Assembly: GCF_006345805.1 (NCBI RefSeq)
Contig: NW_021833745.1
Location: forward strand, 1 to 64,000
Source of the DNA: Octopus sinensis
Lineage: Eukaryota
Direction: 5' to 3'
Length of the DNA: 64,000 nucleotides
Below the pieces are notes generated by a model. The model saw only the letters and a program-made list of their open reading frames with translations, searched no databases and was not told the DNA's origin. A program made the position numbers and the translations under genes. Positions 53,774 to 64,000 of this stretch are shown here, piece after piece (the stretch's first letter is position 1; each line of letters begins with the position of its first letter).

Positions 53774-54399
53774 TGCATATATAGATACATATATATATAT
53801 ACACACATATATTTATAAATATTTATATACATATACATGAGAGTGTGTGTGTGTATGTATGTATACATATACACACGCACACACACACACCACACAAACA
53901 CAAACGCACACACATGTATATATGCGTGCGTATACATGTCAATGTTTGTGAGAATATCTACGACTGTTTATTTGTACGCATGCGCCTCGCCTTCATAGGC
54001 AAGTATTTGTACAATTGTATGGGTGCTTCCTCGTGGGGTCCTTCTCCCTCCGTCTCTACATCAATACATCTTCTCGATCGGTATCGTTACAGCAGTCTAT
54101 CAAACCACCAATATAGCGAAAAAAAATACACAAAACGAAGTGAAACATTACATCCGCTTTTGCCTTCTCTTCCATATCAGTGAAAAGGAAAAGAAACGAG
54201 AAATTTATAACCGAACCGTTTAACATTTTATTGACTTGGCGGACATCTTTGTCTGTACGTCTACAATATAACAACGGCGATACATTACCGTCCAGGCTGC
54301 TCTCATCAGTAAACACATTTCCTAGTTATATCATATGTTATATCGAGTCGGAAGTTTTTCAGGTATATTCATGCGTTAAAATTCATGTCATCGTCGTAA

Positions 54400-54493
54400 A
54401 CTTCGCGTCATCATCGTAGCCTCCACCACGGGCGTCGCCGTCGTCGCTGTCATCCTCATCCTCATCATTAGCGTCGTCGTCGTCGTCACCCAC

Positions 54494-54571
<78 letters not shown>

Positions 54572-54830
54572 GTCATTATCATCGTCATCATCATCATCAT
54601 CTTCCTCATCATCATCATCATCATCATCACCACCATCCCCTACCCCTCTTCCTCCTCCTCCTCCTCATCATCATCATCATCAACATCATCATAATCATCA
54701 TTATCATCGTTGTCTTCACCGTCGTCGTCATCATAAATAATCGTCATCAACATCATCATCCTCATCATCATCATCATCATCATCATCGTCGTCGTCGTCA
54801 TCGAATCAGGATCTTCATCAACACCATCAA
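54400..54830. repeat. (CAT)n-dominated compound triplet tract
   Basis: Direct reading. Confidence 0.9.
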
Positions 54831-54842
54831 CGTTCTTATCAT

Positions 54843-55140
54843 TGCGCGAGAGAGCAGCAGCGCATGCCATCATGGTGAGGCTAGGTTGCAAATATTCGAA
54901 GCTGAATATGCCCATCATGGCTAGGCTACCCGTATCATAAGGTTACACGAAACCAATACATCACAACCATACGTGCGCGACATACTGAGTCCATATCAAA
55001 GCAAACAGTGCATTACCGTGCATGCGTGGCCCAGCATTTACTTCAGGTTGAGTAGCCCCTTCTGCACAAAAGATCCCTGAATATGAGTTATTTAGGGATG
55101 ATGGACGAAGCAGGCATGTTCTCACATAGAGTTATTTAAG
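54843..55140. mobile_element. Diverged partial copy of family D repeat
   Basis: CAACCAT..GTGCGCGACAT and TTCAGGTTGAGTAGCCC..TCCCTGAATA shared with 33496-34050. Confidence 0.65.
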
Positions 55141-55640
55141 TACCAGTCACGCACTGGGGTCGATGTTGTCGACTTAATACCTTTGTCTGTCCTTGTTTGT
55201 CCACTCTGTGTTTAGCCCCTTGTGGGAAATAAAGAAATAGGCATTTCGTCTATCTTTACGTTCTGAATTCAAATTCCACCGAGGTAGACTTTGCCCTTCA
55301 TTTTTTCGGTGTTGATAAACTAAGTACCAGTTGATGGACGAAGAAGCCATGTTCTCACATAGAGTTATTTAAATACCAGTTACGCACTGGGGTCGATGTA
55401 ATCGACTTAATACCTGTGTCTGTCCTTGTTTGTCCACTCAGTGTTTAGTCCCTTGTGGGTAATAAAGAAATAGGTATTTCGTCTATCTTTACGTTCTGAA
55501 TTCAAATTCCACCGAGGTAGACTTTGCCTTTCATCCTTTCGGTGTTGATAAACTAAGTACCAGCTGTGTACTGGGGTCTATCTAACGCGACTCTCCCCCT
55601 TCCCCAAAATTTCTAGCCTTGAGCTTCGAGTAGAAAAAGG
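55100..55640 (+). mobile_element. Headless SINE B segments, tandemly duplicated together with about 40 bp of family D flank (233-bp period)
   Basis: GATGGACGAAG at 55100 and 55333; the long SINE B tail ends at about 55640. Confidence 0.8.
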
Positions 55641-56055
55641 ATAAGTGCATCGCTGATTATAAGCGAGAGTAGCAGGATAGCATCATAGCCATGTTTTGAG
55701 AGGAGTGTTTTAGAGTTTAAATAAATCTATGTAAGAACATGTCATATAAATGATTCACGTATTCTGTAGAATCGTAATACATGGTCTTGAGCATCAGGGA
55801 TCGCCCCAACTGTCTCCTTATCTAGAAATCCATATCTTAACCACCACCAGGTTTGTTCATCAGCTTCAGTTGATGCTTGCAAGGAAAACATCGCTGTGTA
55901 TAACTTTCCCTTCCTAGTTTGTAGAGCTGAGATAACGGAAAGCGACGTGTAGGATCAGAGACGTCACGTGAATTCCTGAATTCTGAATTTACCGTTGTCC
56001 AATCACATGACTTCAATGGACTAAGCTGTACTCTTCCTGAAGAAGTATCAATAAC

Positions 56056-56123
<68 letters not shown>

Positions 56124-56400
56124 CATTCAGTAGGTATATTTTTTATAGCGTGCTTTTCACTTCACTACCGAGCGCAGCTTCTGTGTGCCTTGGGTATGTG
56201 CTGTGATTTGTTGTGATGCTCTGATGGTTATTGTATGGAAAGTGTTCTGCGTAGGATGTGTGCAGTGCCTAGTATGCAATTTTCTGTATGTTATATGTGT
56301 TTGTAAGTCCTGGTGTTTTTGTTATGTATTTGTCTGAATATTTTTTTATCATGCCTAATCTGCCTAATCATGCCTAATCTGAATATTTTTTTATCATGCC
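56056..56400 (-). mobile_element. R4/Dong-clade non-LTR retrotransposon 3' end with 3' UTR and (ATA)n tail
   Basis: LGMIKKYSDKYITKTPGLTNTYNIQKIA-(frameshift)-LGTAHILRRTLSIQ* with the stop at 56228-56230, matching the REL-endonuclease C-terminal pattern; (TAT)n at 56056-56123. Confidence 0.8.
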
Positions 56401-56469
56401 TCATCATTTATATGACATGTTCACACATAGAGTTATTTAAACTCTAAAACACTCCTCTCAAAACACTCC

Positions 56470-56523
<54 letters not shown>

Positions 56524-57012
56524 CCATTATAATCACAAGATCTGAAAATATGGTGAATATATTTTGGACCTGGTTATTTCATTCCTCGGATTTCTCTAAC
56601 ACCTGCTCGAATTCAGAAATGATACCTAATAAATTCAGAACTGTATGTAATTTTCCAGTGTGTCCAAATATAATATTTAGATGAGATACTATAGTCGGCA
56701 GAATTTGTGTACCTGGTATATACCTTATAATGTCATATATCATCCAATAACTCAAATCACAGTTTCGCAACTTACGAGGTGTGGTATTTTTGCTAAGATC
56801 GGCATTATCAATTAAGTCGGGGAAAAAATATTGCAACACCAGGTGAAAAAAAAACTATCAAAAATATCATATGTGTTCCTTCCCAATGTGCCTCTAATTA
56901 TCGCATGGAACCAGGACAAAGCTGAATAGATGAACTCATTAAAATGTCATAATGATTCACAAGATATTTTGAAAGAAAAGATTATTCAAATTATGCCCTG
57001 TAGTAAAAGAGG

Positions 57013-57275
57013 TGGAAGCGCAATGCCCCAGTGGTTAGGCCAGGGAACTCGTGGTCGGAGGATCATGGTCTCGATTCCCAGACCAGGTATTGTGTGTTTT
57101 TATTGAGTGAAAACACTTGAAGCTCCACGAGGCTCCGACAGTGGGTGGTGGCAACCCATGTTGTACTCTTTCACCCCAAATTTCTCTCACTCTTTCTTCC
57201 TGTTTCTTGAGTAACGCTGCGATGGACTGGCTTCCCGTCCAGCTGCTGTGAACACATACCCCATAGAAACCGGTA
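57013..57275 (+). mobile_element. SINE C-related element with an alternative 3' module
   Basis: First about 195 bp match family C; then GCTGCGATGGACTGGCTTCCCGTCCAG replaces the family C 3' half. Confidence 0.7.
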
Positions 57276-58464
57276 AAAGAGCACAGAAAAAAAGTATGAA
57301 ATGGCTGCAGATTTGTATCCAGAATCTGTAGTTTAGCAATTTTTTTCTACTGCCTGGTTTTCGCTTGCTCCAGTAAATAAACAGTTGAATTATGTCTGCT
57401 AAACTTTCTTTTGTGTAATTCTATTTTCTTCCTTTAAGAGTTAAATATATATCGAGAGTAGTATTATTTCTGTCTGAAAGGGAAGAAAAAATTCTCAAGA
57501 ATTTTAAAATAATGAAAATATTTAGAAATACATTTGAATATGAATTTTTTTCAGACTGTAAAAAAAAAAGAAATTCTGAACCTTCATTTATGATATAAAT
57601 GAAAAATAATAAAACAAACAAAATCGACAGTAATGAAAATGAAATAGAAAAATAAAATTAATATAATTTATACAACAGTAAATGAAAAAAAATCAATTTA
57701 ATTTTTTTATCAAATTCAATTAACGAAGAAATTAAACAATGTAAAGTAACATGAACATCAGTATACTCTTCCTTCTCCTCTTCCTCCTCATTCTTATACC
57801 CATCATCATCTTTAGTGCCATCAGCATCAGTATCCTAAAAAAAAGTACATTACTACGGTCATCATGTGTATCATCATCTTCATTATCATCACTGTGGTGG
57901 TGGTGGTGGTGGTGGTGGTCATTAAGGAAACCATTACCGTCATCAGTGTCGTGGTTATCAACATCATTATGAATATCGTATTCGTGGTCTGCGTCGTCAT
58001 CCCCTTCTTCTGTTCCTTCTCAATTATCATCCTCACATTTAGCATGCATCCTCCTCATCGTCTAAACGCCAACAATACCACAATCATTAGCTTCATTATC
58101 AAACCGATTGGACATCATTATCAAATATGCATATTGTTACCACTCATTTGGTTATCGAAATCATGGTTTTCATCAAGATTACCGAAGATATGATCATCCA
58201 CATCAGAAACATGTAGCAGCAACACCATCGGCAGGAGCAACAGCATCGGAAACAATAACACACACACACACACACACACATACACAATATGGAAATAAGG
58301 TGATTGTCTATTCACAATCATTAGAGAATCAAACATTTAAGAATACAATAATGGTGAATGTCTGTAGGATATTTACTCTGCTATGATACGAATCCTCACG
58401 TGTTAATTTCCAATCTTGCTGAGAACCCTTTATTATTTCCTCATTGACTCGAAGAAAAATGAAA

Positions 58465-59052
58465 CATTCAGGAAATTCACGAAAACACACCATTAAAATC
58501 GTCAACGAAAATTAAGAACGATTCGTGTAATTATGGTCAGCTGGCAGAATTGTTAGCACGCTGGACGAATTACTTAGCAGTATCTCGTTTGTCTGCACGT
58601 TCTGAGTTCAAATTCTGCCGTGGTCGAATTTGCCTATCATCCTTTCGGGGTCGACAAATTAAGTAGCAGTTGAGTACTGGGCCCAATGTAATCGACTCTC
58701 GCTCCTCTCCCAAATGTCAGGCATTGTGCTTATAGTAAGAAAATTCATTTCCTTAATGTCGGAGAGAAAAATTAACCATTCGCGAAATTCACGAAAACGC
58801 ACCGTTAAAATCGTTAACGAAAATTAACTACGATTCATATAATTATGGTGTGCTGCCAGAAAAGTTAGCAGGTTAGACGAAATTCTTAGCGGTATTTCGC
58901 CCGTTGCTACGTTCTGAATTCGAATCTCGCCGATGTCGGTTTTGCCTTTCATCTTTTAGGGATCGATAAATTAAGTAATCATGAAACACTGGGGACGATG
59001 TAATCGATTGTCCCACTCCCCCAAATTCCAGGCCTATGCCTATAATAGAAAG
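58465..59052 (+). mobile_element. Old tandem duplication of about 80 bp of flank plus SINE B (about 312-bp period)
   Basis: GAAATTCACGAAAAC(A/G)CACC(A/G)TTAAAATCGT(C/T)AACGAAAATTAA precedes both SINE B copies. Confidence 0.75.
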
Positions 59053-59090
59053 TATCATCATCATCATCATCGTCGTCGTCGTCGTCGTCG

Positions 59091-59176
<86 letters not shown>

Positions 59177-59185
59177 TTTTTTTTT

Positions 59186-59545
59186 TAAGGCAACGAACTG
59201 GCAGATTCGTTAGAACGCCACGCATACTGCTTTGCGGCATGTTGTCCATCTTTACATTCTGGGTTCAAATTCCAGTGAGGAAGACTTTGCATTTCATCAT
59301 TTCGAGGTCGATAAAATGAGTAATCTACTAGACACCTTCCTCTTAGTTTCAAACATTGCACCTATCGTACAAATGATTATTATTATGATTATTACCAAGG
59401 CGGCGAGCTGGTAGAATCGTTAGCATACTAGCCAAATTGCTTAGTGGCATTTCGTTCGTCTTCGCGTTTTGAGTTCAAATACCACCGACGTTAACTCTGC
59501 TGTCATACTCTCGCGCTACATAAAATAAGTAATAGTCCACGTAAT
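59186..59545 (+). mobile_element. Two further old SINE B 5' fragments (59186-59330, 59396-59545)
   Basis: AAGGCAACGAACTGGCAG and AAGGCGGCGAGCTGGTAG heads with B-boxes. Confidence 0.7.
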
Positions 59546-60790
59546 CGAATTAACTCATTATTATTATTATTATTATTATTAACTCATATATGTATATATA
59601 TGTATATATAGGTTATGAAAGGTAACGGTGTCAGTAAGACTTAAAGGTGTCAGGTAATGCTGAGTAAGTGCTATGGACAGACTATAGTTAAGCTCCAATG
59701 TTGGTGATTCTGCGAATGAGAAGTCCGACGTCTGTCATATATTCAAAATTCGGACAGAATTTATGGGATGACCTGGTAATTCAACTAGATACAATATCCG
59801 TGTATATCTCATGTTGAATTCATGTCTGTTTGTATAGAAAATAACAAAAACTGAACATTTTCGGTATTTAAAACGTGAATCAATCACCTGTAGTACAAAA
59901 AAAAAAAATGCTTCAGGAAGCTCAAGGAAGATTTTAACCGGAATGTTGTTTTATGGCTATACATATACTGAATTTAAATAGTGATGGATTTGTCATTCAC
60001 TCTGATTCATCTATATAAAATTGTTCGCATATTACTGTAATCCATTACAGCTTAAACAACAATATTCTCTGGGAAATTTCATCTGAAAAATCTCTCTCAA
60101 ACTTGTGTAAGTGTTACGTGTTCGTCTCTCTGATAAATTAAAATACCTGTCAAACACTCACATTCAGGTGAATCATTTGATCATGCGCTTCCTAATATCG
60201 ATTTCTGTGCTTCTCCAGACCAATTAACATGGCATTCGGTCAATTTGAATCCGAGGAATAATTCTGTGCAATGTATTCTTCGTTTGTGTGGCAGTTGTAT
60301 TCCAGCTGAGTGAAACTTTTCTGAATTTTCTGCCAAGGGGCGAATGCAGACATCTCTATTATTCGATTGTTTCCTTTCTATTGACTAATGTAATTAATTA
60401 AGCTACAGAGTCGTTAGTCGTGTGTTGTGTGAGATATAATTGTTTATAAAGTTCTGGTAAAGATGTTACTCCTACTGGAAATACCGGCATTTTTACACGA
60501 CAATAAATCCTAGTAAATACCTGGCCGTTAAGATTGACATGTCCGATTTTTAAGTGAAAGTTTATTTTATTTTATCTCAACAGAAAAGCAATCAAAAATA
60601 TGCACCTAAATTATCAACACATGAACATAATTTTTCCATTCTATCGGTAGCTTAATCATGCCGGCAGCGAATGTTTCTGGGGAGCAAGAATGTGATGAAA
60701 TCACGAAATTCTGTTTTTTTCATCTTTTTCAGATTTGAAGTTTTTTCCTTGCAAAATTTGCCTTGACTGGAAAACGTGATAGTCAGTTTC

Positions 60791-60916
60791 TGTGTATGTT
60801 TGGCCCCCCGAACATCACTTGACAACAGATGCTGGTGTCTTTACGTCCCCGTAACTTACCGGTTCGGCAAAAGAGTTCCGATAGAATAAGTACTAGGCTT
60901 ACAAAGAATAAGTCCT
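60791..60916 (+). mobile_element. SINE A 3'-half fragment, inverted against the neighbouring copy
   Basis: GGCCCCCCGAACATCACTTGACAAC...AATAAGTCCT. Confidence 0.85.
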
Positions 60917-61198
60917 AAGTTGCCAGAAATAACTCTCTTTACTCTTTACTCTTTTACTTGTTTCAGTCATTTAACTGTGGTCATGCAGGAGCACCGCCTT
61001 TAGTCGAGTAAATCGATCCCAAGACTTGTTCTCTGTAAGCCTAGTACTTATCCAATCGGTCTCTTTTGCCGAACCGCTAAGTTATGGGGACGTAAGCACA
61101 CCAGCATCCGTTGTCAAGTGATGTTCGGGGGCCAAACAGACACACAAACACACACACACACACAAGCATATATGTATATAATATATATACACACACAC

Positions 61199-61261
<63 letters not shown>

Positions 61262-61264
<3 letters not shown>

Positions 61265-61761
61265 AATTAGTAATAAATGGCACAACTAAGTACCGATATT
61301 TACTGGAAATAGCGAACGTAAAAATACGATGCTAATGTGTAGCTTCACCGCGTATGTATTAGTAAAAATGCGTGTGTGCAACAAAATAGAGAAAAAAAAC
61401 CCGTCTTACCTCCAGGGAGAACATCTGAAAGATGAAACACCCGGAAAATGGATAATGTGGTACCTGCAGGTTTCAGGTTTTGCAAGATATGTCTCTCACC
61501 CACATTTTGCTTTACCTTCTTCAGCCAAACATATACCAAGACGAAATCTACGATGCTACCACATTAATACTAACACACTCGACTGAAATACGGAACGCTA
61601 ACAGTACGAGAAACGGTGAAGAAGTTTCAAAATATCAGTAATGCAATACAAAGTATTGCCTTCCAGTAAAAAGTAGCCCGTGAGGGAAAAATACACAAAT
61701 TAGTAAATAAATGGCACAACTAAGTACCGATATTTACTGGAAATAGCGAACGTAAAAATAC
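61262..61761 (-). mobile_element. Second HHR-bearing retrozyme-like/pLTR-like element: about 434-bp unit plus a 66-bp terminal redundancy
   Basis: Direct repeats 61262-61327 and 61695-61761 (one 1-nt indel); intact HHR inside; inserted in the (TA)n of SINE A. Confidence 0.75.
61455..61532 (-). ncRNA. Type I hammerhead ribozyme, intact core, palindromic stem III, GUA cleavage triplet
   Basis: Minus strand AUG-UU-UGG-CUGAAGA-AGGU[aaa GCAA a AUGU..ACAU auc UUGC aaa]ACCU-GAA-ACCUGCAGGU-A-CCA-CAU; predicted cut between 61461 and 61460. Confidence 0.82.
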
Positions 61762-62179
61762 ATATATACGACGGGCTTCTTTCAGTTTCCGTCTACCAAA
61801 TCCACTCACAAGGCTTTGGTAGGCCCGAGGCTATAGTAGAAGACACTTCCGCAAGATACCATGCAGTGGGACTGAACCTGGAACAATGTGGTTGGTAAGC
61901 AAGCTACTTACCACAGAGCCACTCTTAACTAGTACATTTCATATAATACCATTTCAGCAACATGAAATTCTCACAAGTCCATAGACATACAAACTTAGAT
62001 ATATGTGTATGCATCTATGTATTACTATGTGAGTTTTATGAAAATGTGTATATACAATTTCAAACTTTAATGGGGAAAGCTAATGACTTCAACATTTATT
62101 CTGACTAGTAAAGGACACATAATACTCGAAATCACTGCTAGTAAGGTGGCTTTGTTAAGTTTTAAGTGGTATAATTATA

Positions 62180-62413
62180 AGGCGGCGAGCTGGCAGAAAC
62201 GTTAGCACGCCGGGCGAAATGCGTAGCCGTATTTCGTCTGCCGTTACATTCTGAGTTCAAATTCCGCCCAGGTCGACTTTGCCTTTCATCCTTTCGGGGT
62301 CGATAAATGAAGTTCCACTTACGCACTGGGGTCGATGTAATCGACTTGATCCCTTTGTCTGTCCTTGTTTGTACCCTCAGTGTGTTTAGCCCCTTGTGGG
62401 TAGTAAAGAAATA
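62180..62413 (+). mobile_element. SINE B monomer with a 12-bp TSD
   Basis: GGTATAATTATA at 62168-62179 and 62414-62425. Confidence 0.92.
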
Positions 62414-62552
62414 GGTATAATTATAGGCAGCAGTTACACACTAGGATAAATTTTATATCTTACGATAAACTTGGACAATTTTTGCATCGCTGTGCTCTCA
62501 GATCAAAGCCTCGTAATGGCGTGGATTTCTTTAAATATGACTGACACCAGCA

Positions 62553-62935
62553 TCTCTCTATATATAAACGGCAGTTTGTCTGTGTGTGCTTCTGTGTGTC
62601 TGTTTGGTTGTACCCTCACCCTGACCACGGCTTTCAACCGATTCTGATGAAACTTGACACACACATAGCCCAATGTCATAATTCAAAACTAACGCAGCGA
62701 AAATTTTGAAAAGTTCCCCCAGTTCTGAAAAAGATCGATAAATTCGACATGGGGTCGACAATCAGAAACACAAACCACTGATGGTCTAGGGGACGCAACT
62801 CGACCTTTTTAACTATTAAAAAATTTACCATCATTTTTTTCCCCATTTTTTTGCTATTTTTTGGCTATAACTCTCTAAAAATGCTTTATAGTTATTTCCC
62901 TTACAAACCCGAGCAACGCCGGGCGATACTGCTAG
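62553..62935 (+). mobile_element. Non-autonomous Helitron, 383 bp
   Basis: A^TC start; CCCGAGCAACGCCGGG subterminal hairpin; CTAG^T end; no TSD. Confidence 0.9.
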
Positions 62936-63145
62936 TTTCAATATATATGTACGTGCAGCAATATTTTTTTAAGATATGATCGAAACATGAGTGTTATTAG
63001 CACGCGGGTATCGAAGAGCTATCTCTCAAGGAAGTTTTAGGTCTAATGATTAACATCTTCAGAAAAATAATTAAAGTTTATTATGCAGGCAATTACTTTT
63101 TATAACTATTACTATTTTCATTCTTTCCTGATTTTCTACTGGAAC

Positions 63146-63197
63146 TCTTCTTCTTCTTCTTCTTCTTCTTCTTCTTCTTCTTCTTCTTCTTCTTCTT

Positions 63198-63228
<31 letters not shown>

Positions 63229-63323
63229 TTATTATTATTATTATTTTATTATTATTATTATTATTATTATTATCATTATTATTATCATTATTATTATCAG
63301 TATTATTATCATTATTATTATTA

Positions 63324-63369
<46 letters not shown>

Positions 63370-63438
63370 CATCATCATTATTATCATCATTACTACTACT
63401 ACCATTACTGCTATTACTACTACAACTACTACTACTAT
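63146..63438. repeat. Compound triplet microsatellite (TTC)n-(TTA)n-(TCA)-(CTA)
   Basis: Direct reading. Confidence 0.9.
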
Positions 63439-64000
63439 TAGTGCATTTTTCTGGTTTGCGTTTCTTTTAATTATTAAACTGAATCTTGAATCTGCTCTGA
63501 TCTGAATTTTACATTTGAAATGACTTTCAAAAATGATAATTTTGTGCATCGTTTCAGAATAGTTTCAACACTAATTAATTACTAAAGAAAATTTGTGTTA
63601 CATTATTAACTGCAATATTTTTTTTTATATTCGTTAAACTTTTCCTTTTAATTTTTATTACTTTCTGCGTTACATTCTTCTTCTTTTTTTATTTTAATTT
63701 AATTGTTGTCTGGAATAATTGCAATATTTTTTTAGCTAATTTGCATCAATATTTTCTTGATTTTTTTAACGATGCTACTTTGAGTGATATTAATTTCAAA
63801 ATAGTTTTGGCGGAATTTACGTTTTCGTTTTTATTAATTTTATTTGTGAATCATTTCCAGTGCAGTACACTTCATTCTACTAACCATTGAACGGTTAAGA
63901 AGGGACGAAGCTTAATGTGACAGTCAAGGAGACAGAATAAAGCCATTGACCTTTTAACTTTCTGTAAACAGAGCACAGATGGCCAGGTAAATAGGTTACT

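Larger units (their letters stand above)
60933..61924 (-). mobile_element. SINE A split at its internal microsatellite by the 61262-61761 insertion
   Basis: 3' half 60933-61170, 5' half 61765-61924. Confidence 0.85.

Noticed and set aside
54056-54316. MFTDESS... resembling the first catalytic Asp motif of Tc1 transposases
   Set aside because: Five-residue match only; no further DDE motifs or TIRs seen
55830-55870. Minus-strand CTGATGA with an AACC/GGTT stem
   Set aside because: No GAAA after the stem
62644-62653. CTGATGAAAC as a hammerhead core
   Set aside because: No stem II between CTGATGA and GAAA; internal Helitron sequence

Overview
AT-rich eukaryotic genomic DNA, saturated with (AT)n/(CA)n/(ATAG)n and triplet microsatellites. 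The SINE families and repeat content suggest an octopus/coleoid cephalopod (inference). Almost every ORF in the supplied track is a microsatellite or SINE artefact. The only credible coding signals are one minus-strand terminal exon (9859-9652, product not recognised), a weak plus-strand exon pair (7852-8081), and decayed mariner and R4/Dong-type transposon peptides. Mobile elements include three tRNA-headed SINE families, three non-autonomous Helitrons, several MITE/fold-back elements and nested insertions. The main find is a set of hammerhead ribozyme (HHR) motifs. Two type I HHRs with intact cores (29937-30001 and 61455-61532, both minus strand) each lie in a unit of about 504 or 434 bp whose start is repeated at its end. 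That is the layout expected of a cDNA copied past one full round of a circular RNA (retrozyme-like) or of a Penelope-like pLTR partial tandem. Several minimal or degenerate HHRs sit in other short elements, nearly all embedded in (TA)n tracts. All coordinates and alignments were read by eye, and no searches or folding programs were run.
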